Source: Lama guanicoe (Eukaryota). Taken from it: a DNA stretch of 64,000 nucleotides. The notes under the pieces were generated by a model. It had not been told where the DNA came from. It saw only the letters and a program-made list of their open reading frames with translations, and made no database searches. The number at the start of each line of letters is the position of its first letter. Positions within the stretch are counted from its first letter, which is position 1. The translations under genes and the position numbers were made by a program. The DNA is taken from contig MU054187.1 in the NCBI GenBank assembly GCA_013239625.1, forward strand, positions 17,290,711 through 17,354,710, given 5' to 3'. Positions 25,646 to 39,561 of the stretch are shown here, piece after piece.

Positions 25646-26099
25646 AAAATCACAAGAGAAAACTATAAAAAAATTCAACCAAAGAATCTTAGCGTCCACA
25701 GTGGCTTGTTGGTCAAATGGACTCATTAAATGCCTTTTATTTTCCTACAGCCTATTCCAGAATCATCATAGACCACCCCCCTCATGGAAAATTCATCTCT
25801 CGCAATGTGCTACTTTATTTTCTGTCCTCCACTCCCTAATAAATAAGAATTAAACTTGTTTCCCAATTTTCTCTATTGATGATTCACTTCTATAAACTTG
25901 ATCAGTTGTAATTGTTAGTCTTCCTGTCTGTGACTTCACATTCATTCATTGCTTAGGAAATACTAAAGGCCAATAAAGTTTCTTGACATTGAGAATACAG
26001 TAATAATAATAACAAAAAACCAGACACAATGTCTGCTGTCATAGAACTGACATTTTAGTCTTTGTAGAGCTGGTCTCTCTGTACTTGTAATCTAGTCAA

Positions 26100-26220
26100 T
26101 GTCAGTCCTCTCCACTAAATGGTTAGCTCCCTGGGGACAAGCAACACGTTTATCTTGTTCACAGTGCTGAGGACTCAATAAAGATTTTCTGAATGAAGAA
26201 ATAAACGAATGAATGAAACA
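26100..26220 (+). mobile_element. L2 3' terminus
   Basis: AGCTCCCTGGGGACAAG...TTATCTTGTTCACAGTGCTGAGGACTCAATAAAGATTTTCTGAATGAAGAAATAAACGAATGAATGAA. Confidence 0.65.
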
Positions 26221-26244
26221 TGTATTACACCAAAATAAACTTTC

Positions 26245-26530
26245 ATTCTGGTGTGACTTCTTACAAAAATAGACCCTTGAGACAAGTCGGTTATTTGGGA
26301 GGTGATGCAGGGAAGCACCAGTGAAGGAGGAAGGGAAGTGAAACAGGGAAGGACACCACACAGTCAGTCACCAAGCAGGTCATCAGAAGGAGCAACTGAA
26401 GCTCAGTCCTGCTGTGTCCCTCTCAGTAATCCAGTAGAACATGCTTCAGGACAACCCCACTGAGTCTTTACCCACCAGCCCACATCCCTCATTGACCAGA
26501 GATTGCCCTACACTTCAGGGCTGAGCAAGA
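26245..26530 (-). mobile_element. Old ERVL-type LTR fragment (LTR16/LTR33-like)
   Basis: GTTATTTGGGAGGTGATGCAGGGAAGCACCAGTGAAGGAGGAAGGGAAGTGAAACAGGGAAGG resembles the reversed 3' part of LTR16-group LTRs. Confidence 0.55.
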
Positions 26531-26554
26531 GGAACCTCTAAATAGAAACAAACT

Positions 26555-26815
26555 TTTATAGGTACTGGGGGAAGGGGGTGGTTAGGGATAAATTTGGGAG
26601 TTTTAAGATTTGCAAAAGTTAATTACTATGTATAAAAATAGATAAAAAATAAATTTCTTCTGTATAGCACAGGGAACTATATTCAATACCTTTTAATAAC
26701 CTTTAATGAAAATGAATATATGTATATATATGCATGACTGGGACTTTACACTGTACACCAGAAACTGACACATTGTAACTGACTATACTTCAATAAAAAA
26801 AATAATAATTAAAAC
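26555..26815 (+). mobile_element. 5'-truncated L1 3' end with TSD
   Basis: CTGTATAGCACAGGGAACTATATTCAATACC...ACACTGTACACCAGAAACTGACACATTGTAACTGACTATACTTCAATAAAAAAAA. TSD-like AGAAACAAACT (26544-26554) / AGAAGCAAACT (26819-26829). Confidence 0.85.
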
Positions 26816-27474
26816 AAAAGAAGCAAACTGATATGAGTGTAAAAAGTGGAAAGCCATTGACATGAATAGGATTAGTCAGCTACAGCAAAAGATAGCCTGG
26901 AAGATGGACCTAAGAGCTGTGTGGCATGGTATTTACCTACATCTCTTATACTTCCTTTGCAAAAAAATTTAGAGAAATTCTTAAATGATATTATTTATAT
27001 CATTTATGAAAATACATTCCAAGTACAAAATGTTTCAAGGGAAAACAATTACATTTTTGGTGAGTGAAAAAAATTCCTTCTGTGAGTTTAAAAAATAAGG
27101 AAACAGCTTATAGACAAATTGATCCTGTCTAAAGAAATGTGTACTTGTACCTGAATTCACTAATGAATGTGCTTCTTTTAATAATTACTTCATCCTTGAT
27201 AATTGATGTCATAACAATAATCATAACCATAGCCTTCTCATTTGAACACAAAATTTAAAAAAGATTCTTAGAAGCGCCTCTTTGCTAATTTCCCTAGCCA
27301 GTCAATACTCGTTGTTTTAAGATGTCACTGAGTATTTATAACAACTGACTGTGAATGCCTTCACAATTAGATCAAGAGTCATGAGCTTTCCTTAGGGTTG
27401 GGTGGATGAGAAGATTTGACAAAATTTAGAATACAAAATCTCAAAACTAATAATCATTAACTTGAGAAATATTA

Positions 27475-29645
27475 TCCACCAAAACCCTTCAGTTAACATT
27501 ATATCGATGGTCAGAAACTAAAAGCTTTCTCACTGTGATTGGGATTAAAAGCAAAGGTGTCCCCTTTTACCATACCTTTTCAACATCAAACTAAAAGTCC
27601 AAGCTAAAGCATCGTATCAAGAAAAGAAAAGGTATGTAAATTGGGAAGAAAAAATAAAACTTTTTTTTTGTTCACAGATAACATTATCATCTGTGTAAAA
27701 AATTCAAAAGATTAAATAAAAATAAACCCTCTAACTAACAAGCAATTATAATAAGGTTGCAGGATACAAGGTTCCTATATAAAAGTCAATCACTCTCTTA
27801 TAAACCAGCAGTGAACAAATAAACACATAGAATTTGAAATTAGAAACACAATATCATTTATATTGATACCAGCCCCTCAAGAGAAATAGTTGGTATGAAT
27901 CTAACAAAATATGTACAAGATATACATGAAGAAAACTGTAAAACTTTGATAAATGAAATTGTAAGAACACTAAATAAAGGGAAAGATATTTTATGTTCAT
28001 GGACAGGAAGAGTCAATGTTGTCAAGATTTCAGTTCTTCCTAACTATACAGATTAATACAATCTCAGTTAAAATCCCAGCAAGTTATTTTTTGGGTATTG
28101 ACTAGACTAGTTGATTCTAAAGTTTGTTTGAAGAGTCACAAGATCCAGAATAGCCAACACAATATTGACTGAGAAGAACAAAGTTGGAAAACTGACAATA
28201 TTTGAGATTTATAAGGGAGCAAAGATAGCATTTTCAACAAATAGCGCTAGGACAACTGGACATCAACACGCAAAAAAAAACACAAAGAACAAAAAACAAA
28301 ACAATGATCCTAGACACAGACCTTAAACCCTCTGCAAAACTTAATTCAGAATGGATCGTAGACCTGAAAATGACATCGGACACTACAAAACTCTAAAGAT
28401 AACATAGGAAGAAACAAAGATGATCTTGGGGCTGGTGATGACTTTTTAGATACAGCACCATAGTCGTGATCCATGAAAGCAATAATTGATAAGCTAGACT
28501 TCATTAAAAAAAAAAACTTCTGCTCTGGAAAAACAATGAGAAGACAAGCCACAGAAAGACAGTATATATTTGTAAAATACTTATGTGATAAAGAACTATT
28601 ATCCATAATATATAAAATACTCTTAAGACCAACAATAAAAAACAAATATCTCTATTTAAAAATAGGCAAACACCTAAACAAATATCTCACCAAAAGAGAT
28701 ATAAACATGAAAATATGCTTAGCATCATTTGTCCTCAGGGAACTGTAAATTAAAGCAAAATGTAATTCCTCTGCACATCTGTTAAAATGGCCAAAATACA
28801 AAACACTGATGACACCAAATGCTGGAAAGGAAGTGGAGAAATAGGAACCCTCATTCATTGCTGGTTGAAGTGCAAAATGATACAGCCTCTTTAGAAGGTA
28901 GTTCTGCAGTTTCTTAAAATACTAAATGTACTTTTACCATACTACCCAGCAATTTTATCTCCTTGGTATTTACACAAATGAGATTAAAACTCATGTCTAC
29001 ACAAAACTGTGCACATAGGTGTTTATAGCAGCTACATTCACAGTTACCAAAACTTGGAAACAATCAAGATGTCCTTCAGTAGGCGAATGGTTACATAAAC
29101 TGTGGTATATCCAAACAATGGAATATTCTTCAGTGCTAAAAAGAAAAAGAGCTGTCAAGACATGAAGAGACGGAGAGAAAACTTAAATGTATATTATTAA
29201 ATGAAAGAAGTCAATCAGAAAGGCTGCATACTTTCTGATCCCAGTTACATGACATTCAGGAAAAGTAAAACCATGGAGACAGTAAAAAGATCAGTGGTTG
29301 TCAAGGGTTAAGGAGAAGGGGAGGGATGAATAAGTGTAAGAGAATTTTTAGGGAGTGAAACTATTCTGTATAATACTCTAATGGTGGATACAGGTCATCA
29401 TGTATTTGTCTAAAGCAACAGAATGTACAAAACCAAGAGTAAACAGTAATATAATCTATGGACTTTGAGTGATGATATGTCAAATAGATTAATATAATAC
29501 AAGAAATCTACCTCTCCGATGGTTATGTCAGTAGACAGGGAGGCTGTGTGTGTGGCGTTTGGCTTCTATGAAAACTTGCTGTACCTTGTGCTGAATTTCC
29601 TTGTGATCCTGAAACTGCTCCTAAAATGTCTATTTTAAAAAATAA
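27475..29645 (+). mobile_element. Old L1 (L1MC-type): degenerate ORF2 3' half + 3'UTR
   Basis: ORF2-like residues (KAIIDKLDFIKKKNFCSGK; KELLSIIYK) with many stops and indels. L1MC-type 3'UTR (AGTAAAAAGATCAGTGGTTGTCAAGGGTT...GTGAAACTATTCTGTATAATACT). Confidence 0.9.
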
Positions 29646-29882
29646 GTAATCAGAAGTTAGGTGTCCCAAAGAGGGTTCCCCGAAGTCTAGTTTGCTTTCC
29701 ATTCTTCAAGGCGCAACAGTTTGTTGCAAGGTTGGAGTTATTATTTCTTTGTTAGTTTTGTTTTCATTTATGGACTTGGTCTGTTGCTTTCTGGAACACT
29801 TACGATGATTAAAAATGACTGTTTCTAATTTGCACATGGAACGTTGTGTGTGATGCCTGGATGCTAGTATTATGAAAATTAG

Positions 29883-30350
29883 TGTATTCGTTTTCTAGGG
29901 CTGCCACAACAAATTACCATGAACTTGATAACTTAAAACAACAGAAATTTATTTTCTCACGGTTCTGGAAGTGAACAGTCCAAAGGCAAGATGTTGGCAG
30001 GGTTGGTTTCTCCTGGGGGTGCCAAAGAAACCAACCCTCTCTCCCATCTTCCGGTGGCTGTCAGCAATCTTTGTCATCAATTAGCATGTGGATGCACTGC
30101 TCCAATCTCTGCCCTCAGGTTTTCATGGCCTTCACTTTTATCTCTCTGAATTTCTCCCTTCTTACCCGGGCACTGGTTGTTGAATTTGGGGGCCGCTTGA
30201 TTGGTCCAGGATGACCTCATTTTGAGATACTTCATTTAATTGCATCTGCAAAGATCCTTTTTATTCCTCCAAATAAGGCCATGCTTACAGGTATGAGGTG
30301 TTACGATTTGAACATACCTTTTTAAAGAGGTCACAATTTAACCCACTATA
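29883..30350 (-). mobile_element. MaLR MLT1 (C/D-like) LTR
   Basis: TGTATTCGTTTTCTAGGGCTGCCACAACAAATTACCA...AACTTAAAACAACAGAAATTTATTTTCTCACGGTTCTGGAAG...ACAATTTAACCCACTATAA. Confidence 0.88.
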
Positions 30351-33300
30351 ATGACTAGTATTAATATATTGGCCCACAATGTGATGTCAACACATTTCTG
30401 TCTCCAGTCAGTTTGCTCATATGTCCAAACTTAGGAGAGAGGAAAAAAAAAAGTCAAACTTTATATTTTTTCCTAAGCATTTTTTTTCCTGGATTTAAAC
30501 TGGAATAACTAAAAAAAATATGAATGTGCATTAGATTTTTCTATTTGCTTCTCTTTGGTTTATTTTTCCAAAGTTTATACATTTTTAACAATGGTGTATT
30601 GGGAGGAAACTTAATGTCAGTGCTTATATCATAAACTATTATATCACACCATGCTCCTAGGAGACCCCAAAAGGGATTCCTATCAAAAATCATTAACAGG
30701 AAAATAAAAGGAAAGATTATCAAATACTCTGGGTTTTAGTGTGCCTTTAAAGGTCACATTGGTACGTAGATATCCCAACACATTGATCGTACAGGAAAGG
30801 GTTGCAATTTGTTTTTGAGTTTAAAAAATTTATTCCTGTTTTTTTCCTTCTTCCTTTTTTTTTTTCCTGACTCTCCTTTTCAGCACTGTCACCGTAATAC
30901 AGAGCAGGAAAAGTATTAAATTCACTGTAGGAAAGGAGCCTTCATTTTGTTCTTTTAAATAATGGGCTTATAACTATGCAGGACAAACCCTCCCTGACAT
31001 TGACAACTTTAAAGCGTCTCTCTCCATCTTTGGCTGAAGGAAGTAACAGCCATTGTTACTGATGTATGTGAAATTCTGGGGAAGAAGCAGAGCTGGGGAA
31101 AATATGCATTCTCCCTAATCCCAGTTAGGGGACCAATTTGCGGTTTACCAATTTCCATACAGATGGTTGTATTCATTCCTCTGCTTTGATTATTTGCCCA
31201 GTTGCAAACCACCTCCCCTCCCCAAACACACACGTTGCTGGGATTTACTGATGATGAGGTCTGAATATCGCTGGAATGAAGAATAGAAGGGTTTTTGAAT
31301 GTCATTATATTTGTCAGTGGGCTATTCAGGAGGACTAAGTTAGCTGTGATTCCTCCTCCCTATCTTCAAAAAAACTACTCTGACTATGTCACCACGTGGT
31401 GGAACTGGAATCCAAAATTCGAGTAGAGAATGTTGTTAGTGATTGAAAGATGACCTACTCCCAAAGAAGCAGCTACATGTTTTTATCTGTTTTAAACTAT
31501 GTTCTGATAACACTACAGTTATTCTTTGCATTTCAGGATTCTGGAAAATCTAGAGGATCCATTGTGGGACAAGTTAGATTGAGGAAAAAGAGTCAAAAAT
31601 AAGTAAGGGTGCAAAGAATGTCTAAACCCCAAACAGAATTATCTCAGATTGTCTAAGTTAGAGATGGCTCTCTCATAGTAAATGCAGGATTCTATGATTA
31701 CATATAATGAGCTTTTGAAAACACATAAAATCCTTGCTCAAATTTAAAATGAATTCCCTGGGACTTCTGGGGAGTGGATCTAGTGGACGGATCCATGACT
31801 CAAAATTTACTCACTTTAAAAATATGAGCATAGGCAACATAAGGCTCTTGCTTGAGAGTGATTGTCTAATATATAAAATAGTTTGTGGGCCAAGAACAGC
31901 ACTCCTTTTTGTAATATCAAAACCTCAATGCATAGCCTTCCATATACTAAAAATTTTAGTTTTAGTTTGATTCCGTCCTTACATTAGTTTAAAAAAAAAA
32001 GAAAAAGAAAGAAAGAAAAGAAAAGAAAACATCTTTTTTTCTTCAGAAAAAGTTTCCCTGATTTTCTTTTCTACTTTCATTAAATCAAATCTCTTTTTTT
32101 AATCCCTCAAAAGGCAGTTCACAATTCAATTATAATTAAATAACATCATTATTTACTTATTATTTCCATTAATGACTTACAAGTTCCTTTAGAGTGAAGG
32201 TAATTACTTAATGCATGTCCGAATCCAGTACTGTCCAAATTGAATATAGTGTGCATATTAAAACTAAATAGGTAGAAATAGAAAGATACGGTAGAGAACA
32301 GAAAAATAAGAGAAAGAAATTTTGCATGCCGCATTTTAAGAGAGTAATTAACAAGCTAGAGAACACGCAGAAGAAAAGGATGGAGAGGAGTCTTGAAATC
32401 AAATCTTCTAGTAAAAACTGTGAAAGGATCCTTTAGAGTAAAATAATGAATTCCCAGTTAGTGGATATTTTCATGTAGAAGCTTAATAATTCTCTATCCA
32501 AAAAGCCATTTGTGTTGGGTTTTAATGAGAAGCAAACTGGAAAAATGGTACTGTACACAATACTTTCCTAAATCCATGATAGCCTCTGGTCAACTGGTCA
32601 ACCCCATCTATTTCAGGAAGGCAACTAATTCAATAAATCAATTTTTCAAATTAGCACATCCATCAACTTTTTAGACAAAACCTAAGTTACGTGGAATGTC
32701 TCTGTAAGCTACTCCAACTATTTGGAAGAAAATGACATCATTCTAATACCTCAAAAAATAAAAATATGATTACATAATTCTTATGAGCCCAATCATGGGT
32801 AGAGGTTTAAATCAATCTCCATTTTGTCATTTTCTCCAAAGTAATAGGTGTTATGTTTGGTATTTCTTTGGTGGTCAAGACTCATGAATGGCAGCATCTT
32901 GTAATAAACTTAGTCCTCCAAAGTCCTGTGGCCTTTTAAGGTTTTAGAGTCAGTTCTGGATAGGGATGGATATGGGATTCAAGGACAGTTAATACATCTA
33001 CCTTGCCTTTGAATCTGCATTCTCTCCTAACTAGAGACAGACCCCAAATAGGGACCTGAATCCTTCCCATGTTAGAATCAAATTGGACCAGTTAGGTGCA
33101 AAAAGTTTTTGCCCAGTGAAGTCACTTCTTCAGCGCAGTTTAAAAAATATTTTCCATGTTTTTAAGTTGAACAGCCAATCATCTCTGAAAAGAGTGCATG
33201 TATAGATTAACAGATTTAAAATGTTGCTAGTCATCTACCTGTGTTATCTCACCAAGGATGTAAAATCAAATGAATCAGGCAAATGTATAAAGGTCAGAGG

Positions 33301-36300
33301 ATAAAAACACTGCTAAGAAACCATTAGGGCAAATCTAGCTTTGTCAGGGCTGCACTTAATGGTGTAGCATTAATGGTATTTTGTTTTTAAGCAAGGGCTA
33401 ATGTGCAATTTTATGTTTTAAAATTACCTAGACATATTGTTTCTGGACTATTAACTTTTTTTTTCCAGTATTTAGATCACAACTCCTAAAGGCTTAGCTA
33501 TATTTTGACAGGTACTGACAAAGAGTGCCATGGAATTGTGACTCGATTGTCACCTTCAGAGTGTTCAAGCTGAAAAACTCCGGATGAGTGCTAGGTACTA
33601 ATTAGAACTATTATATTAGGATAGCAAATACAATGGTGTCTAACATTAAACAAAGTGCAGTTCCCATCAAAAATGGTTTCTTTTGTGTGTGGGTTAGTCT
33701 ATAAAACCATTTTGCATGTTAATGAAGCACAAACAATTATTGCCAGAGTAACGAGTTTCATGCAATTACAAAAATCACATAAAAGCCCTATTGTTTGTTG
33801 TCTTGTGATTTTTTTAATGCTAACTTTGCACTTGATAATTTTAGATTTCATTTGTAACATAGTGCACAATTAGGTTTTATCTCTGTTGAAGGTGAAGGCT
33901 AGTATTGGGAAAAATAATGCCTCATGGAAAAAGTAAAAGAAATCGTCATTTCCAGATGAGACTATCAGATAGCCGAAAAGATGGGCAAAAGTGATGAGGT
34001 GAATTTCCATCAAGCAAAAAGGCAACATTTGTGTACCTGAATAGAGAGAGGAACTTAGACTATTTCCTATAGAAACTGGAGACAGAGAGAGAGAAAGATT
34101 GACGAGGGGAAGAAAAAAAAGAAACAAAATGAAATGGTATGGGAAGGAAACCAAAATTAAGACATAGGTAGGATCATCAAAGAACTGCCACATATTTCAT
34201 GGTAAACATGGGAAACCATAGTTGTGGCTGGTAAAATAGTCTGATGCAGTGAGATGGATTTATAAGTAAAAGTCCATGGAGACAATTAGGTGTCAAAACT
34301 ATAAGCAAAGAAACGCCGCTGTCAGTCAGTGTGGGCACTAGCTGGAATTACAGGGAAGCCTTCGAATAGTTATTTAATTGATGAAGATCTCTCTGCATTA
34401 GCATTTGGTGGAAGTGGTAGATTTGTATTTTGTTACACTAGGTTTTCATTTTTGTTTCACAAAAGTGCAAGGAAACTTAGACCCCTCACGTTTTACCATT
34501 AGATAACAATCTAATCTTTTACTCCAATAATGCAGACGGTAATGGATTAATTTTTTTTCCCGTGGGAAAAAATTAGGAGAGATTTGTTATGGTGTATTTA
34601 ATTTGTTTATACTTTAAAATATTTTTTTAAACTGCAAACCGTTGGGAGTAACTTTGATTAGCGTTTACCTCCAGCAATATTTCTGAGAACTGTGGATTTT
34701 CTGGTAGCTCTTATTTCGTAGACAATGGGACATGTATCAGGTACAAGCTTAGATTTAATGCTACCTTAGATGCTACTGAATAGAGCACAATGTTTGAAAG
34801 ATCAGAATTAAAACATTGTTGTTAAGATTCTGTTTCTTGTTTTTATTTACTGAAATTTAAGGCATGTAAAATGTTTGTAACTCTCTTTCATACTATTGAA
34901 AATACTGGAAATATACTTAAAATGAATGTGTTTGAACTGTTAGAATAAAAACTTCAAAACATCAAACTTTTCAACATAACTCGCTTAGCTTAGCTTTTTT
35001 TTATTTTTTTCATCCTTATATTCTCCCCCCCTTTTTTTTTTGGTCTGCTATTCAAAGCGTTCCTCAGAGAACTAGAGTTTTCTAGGGGTAAATTTTCCTA
35101 TCACTAATTTTACAGGTAATTTGCATCCTTGCTATTCACTAACTACAATTACTATCTGTATGTGGAAAAGCACACCTTATCATATGAACTTATCGTTAAC
35201 AGGCCCTGTGGGGCACTTCAAAAATATTACATGGTTTTAGGTAAATAATTGTTTCATTTTTTTCACAATTTAAAGGTGACAATACATCCTCCTATCTCTC
35301 TAACCTTTTTCCTCCCACAGCTGTTTATTTAACAGAAGGAAGGAAGAGGAAAGGAAGGAAGGACAGAAGGAAAATGAATTCTGGGGCAGTTTCTGAGATG
35401 TTTGTACTACGTAAAGCAAAGAAATCCCCCAGGGTTTTCCTTTCAGATATTGTCAGCACTCTGGTTTAACTTTGTACAAACATGATAATACACGTTCCTT
35501 AGGAACGTGGAAGCTTGTAACAAATATTTACTGAGTTAATCGCATACATTTTCAATGTAAAGGCTTTTTAAACTCTCTAGACAAATAATTAAATCTGTAT
35601 CATGAAACATGTTTGAGACAAAAGTAAGAATACACATATTATGTATTTACATATGCAGCAAAAATGTGCCCACTTCGTATGAAAAATCTTTTTTTTTAAA
35701 TCACCTAAAAGTAATTGAAGACTATTTATAGTATAATAACCTCGAGTTTATGTTAGTGTTTTTGAATTTTCAAAAATAAATTTAAAAATTCATCTCCAGG
35801 TTCAAGTCTATATCCCAGACCTTAGTTTCCAGATGTTATAGGAAAACTTTTATTGTGTGAAATAGTCATTTAGCAGTTCATAGTGTTACTACCAAGTCTA
35901 AAGTATGACTGCACACTAGGGGTTAAAAATTTGGAAAACTGATAGACGATTTGGAAAATGTACACTTTAATGGACATTACATAAAATAATCATTCTTAAA
36001 GAGGATTAGATATATTAAACATTTGCAAATCATCTTTCTTTGTCAATTTAAAGTAGGCAATACATTTTTCCATAACATTTTCTAAGCCTTTTGATAAAAC
36101 AGAGGTGATTAAGGGAGTCCACTGAAAGAATTCCTATTTATTATTCATAAACTATAAAGTGATTTGTCTGTCTCACATTTAAGAATTGAAAATATATCTG
36201 AAAGTAGAAGTATCACTTAAGAAAAAGAATGCCCCCTATTTTCTCTCCAAATTTAGGCTCCTGCTCTAAACAATGTGATGCTTTAATGGAACCTGAGGAG

Positions 36301-38998
36301 GCTATGAGCTTGGCTAGAGAAATGCAAGTCCCAGCATCCTACTGGCTGCGTGGTGAATCTTTCTCTTTCACTGCTGCTTGGCTGCTGAATTCCAGGGGAG
36401 GAAATGACATGTGTAAGCTATCACCTCCACTTCCTTCTCTGTTTCTACCACCACTTCCTCCTTTCCAAACTGCCGGCACACACACACCTTAGGGCATCCT
36501 CAATCTTTTCCAGCCCAGATCCCAGGAGGAAGACGCCCTCCCTTCTCCGGTGCCTTTTGGCTGCGACCTGGAAGCATCCAACCCACAGCTGGGATGACTA
36601 GCCCCACTGTTTTATTTATGATGCAATAAGCTGCTGTAAGAAGGTGAACAGTAACTGCTATTCCATTGCATAAAAAAGCCTTTTTAGCCCTATGTTATAA
36701 ACATTTAAAAGTCTCTCTTTTACCCTTTTAGAAAAAGCACAGCAGGAGGTAGATGGAGGTCACCAGGAGTCTCTAATTCATCTACATTTATAGTAGGTGT
36801 TGCAAGCTCTATTAGCAGAAAATGTATGACAGTCAGACCCAAGTTTAATGTTTTACTTAAAATATCTGCCTCTCTAGCTAATGCCAGAAGCTGTGCCCAT
36901 GACTGGTGGCATGTAGACACTTACTAGCAAAAGCTTCCCCTTTGGCACAAACTATCAGTTGGAAAACTGCTGTTACGATAATATATTTGAGTATCATCCC
37001 AGAAAATCCTGCTTAAAAGAGATTTTTTTTTTCCATACAAGCCAGCACTAAGTACACAAGGCTTTCTGCCAATACAGATTTTGATAGGCACTAAAATACT
37101 GAATGGTAACCAGACATGTATGTATATGATCTCGCCGTTCTCCAGGGGAAATTATTTTGAACTGGGAAAATAGCCCTCTTTAACTCATACCGGCAAAAGT
37201 GTCTTACAAGTAGCTTCGGCACCAATACAACAACTTAGCAGCCTGAAAAAGCCTTTTTGTAAAGCACTGCAAACTGGCTGACTTCATCCTGTAGTTCTAA
37301 TGGCTTCCTTACTGGGCCCATTTCTTCTCTGGACACTGCCATCTTGTGAGTACTAAATACATCTTCAGTGAGTCTCATTCTCATGTATTACACTAATACA
37401 TCATTGGAATGACAACTGCTTCTGATGATCTATTAATGCAATACATCAGAGTGAGGTGTTTGAATGGGGTATTACTCAGAAACCAACGCCATCTTCATAA
37501 AGCCAGATCCAAAATCCAATTCCATTTAATTTACGCAGAACTCATAGCATGCTAGCCGCAGACTAATACAACCAAAATTCTAGCATCATCAGAGAAATTA
37601 TTTGCATTGTCATTAAGTTATCAACAAAATCTTTCCCTTTCCTGGAAATGGATCTGTCTGGTAAATCAGTGATTCAGATCCCATGAGCTCACCATCCCCT
37701 ACGACAGACGAGAATTATTTTGCCATGGCCCATGAATAAAACAAACACTCTTTTCCCTAGCCTTACTACTTCACATTCTATAGTCATTAAAAAGGACATC
37801 AGATTTTCTCATCTAAAACACAATTCCTCTGGTAAACAAACACACTGCATTGAAAAGTCTTTGTAGTCACTAGACACCGTCTAAACATTTGTTACTTCTG
37901 TACATATTACATACAGAGAAAAGAAGAGGCAAGGGAAAGGAGCAGCTGGATTTGCGTTCGAGTCAGTTACACTGCGCTCTGTGTGTGTGTCATTTGTCAC
38001 AAAGCTATCAGAAAGCACACCCAGCGCCTCTGTTCTTTCCGTGGAAAGATGCATCTCTTCGCGTTTGTATAGATTGCTGTGAAATTTTAAATTGTGCAAC
38101 CTATTGCTCCTTGGTTGGTGTTACAAATAAGATTTTGAATTGTCTTTAATAATCAAATTTTAAACATTGTATCCAACCTTCGTTACCCTGGAATTTTTCA
38201 GAAATTCACTCTTTCACTTGTATTTTTTTTTTGTTTTTGTTCCAGTGGGAATCCCTTGAGGCTTTTCCGTGGTGTTTCATAACAATAATCCAATATAATT
38301 TAAATGAAACAGGTATCAACATTTTACAGCATTACCCTCTGAATTTTAGGTTATTTTGCTCTCAATTAAAGTCAAGACCACGATAAAATCATATCCTGGG
38401 TTGGTGCGTTGGTTTATGAAACAATTGAAATTTGATTGTATGACACCCTCCTACCTTTGTAGCAGATTTTTCCAATAGACTATTTTGTTTAAAAAGCATT
38501 TATCTACTGTTAATGTCTTTGGAGAATTCATCTTGGGGTTTATACTGAAGATAAATGCAGGCGTGTGAAGGTTTATGAAAAATGTCTCTGCAAGTGACAT
38601 GCAGCCTGATATGAGTTACCACAGCCCGTTTCACATGTGGGGCAACCCACTACTCGCCTTGCATTCATTATATTTTCTTGCCATGTATTTTTGCTTCCTG
38701 TTCTAGAGACCCTTTGATATTATATACTCCCAAATACAAAATGCTGACAGTAAATCTGAAAAGAATGAGCTATATATATATAAATGTATATCATTATGCT
38801 AATATTCTATATATGATGGTATGTACATAATGTAAAAGGATCACCTCTGTATCAATTGCTTACCTCAATATCGATTGCGCGCCTCAAAGATGCATTTCAT
38901 TTAAACTCAGGACAAGAATAACAGCAAATAGTCACTAAAAACAACTTCAAATAGAAGAGATGCTTTACAAAGATTCTGCCCACTTTGGGGGCAGGAAA

Positions 38999-39004
38999 GT
39001 GTGC

Positions 39005-39040
<36 letters not shown>

Positions 39041-39049
39041 CAGAGAGAC
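38999..39049. repeat. Compound (TG)n(GA)n microsatellite
   Basis: GTGTGCGTGTGTGTGTGTGTGTGTGTGTGAGAGAGAGAGACAGAGAGAC. Confidence 0.9.
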
Positions 39050-39550
39050 AAAAGAAACAAGAACAATGGTAAATAATGCATGTCTTCTAGAAATATGCAT
39101 TAATCAATCTACTTTGAATCTGTGATAAAGCTCCCTGTCACTTAAAAAATGAATATAGATGTTTTTAAACATGTGACTCTTTCGGAGTTTGTAATTCCTC
39201 AAAACTTAGTTCTGGTTTCCATTTCTCTTTCTCTCCTTTACTTTTAACTAAGGGTTACCTTAGTCTCAAGATGTCCTTTATGTCTAATTCTCATGACTGT
39301 ACCCAATGCAGTTTTCAGCTCTTGCTAATTAAAGAACTACCTTGAGATCTGGATGCCCATAGTATGTGAATAATATGTGGTTATGGAAAAGGAGCATGTT
39401 CATGATCTGTTTGGTTATAGTTTTTTTTTCCTTTTCTTTAAAGAGTCTCCTACATACTTCATAATATTTTGCCGCCCTTGAACTCTGAGTTTGTCTTTTT
39501 TGCACTACCCTTCTGCGCTGAGTTAGGCACACAGGAAAAGCAACACTCCG

Positions 39551-39561
39551 GCCTATTGGCC
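39551..39561 (-). promoter_or_regulatory. Candidate CCAAT (NF-Y) box
   Basis: Minus strand GGCCAATAGGC (ATTGG at 39555-39559) in a CpG-retaining, repeat-free stretch between two divergent splice donors. Confidence 0.3.

Noticed and set aside
30879..30895. REST/RE1-like TTCAGCAC
   Set aside because: Only the left half-site; the GGACAG right half is absent.
31537..31602. Plus-strand exon-like segment (TTTCAG|G ... TAA|GTAAGG)
   Set aside because: Weak exonic side of the donor, the longest frame ends in a stop, and there is no other support; likely a pseudo-exon.
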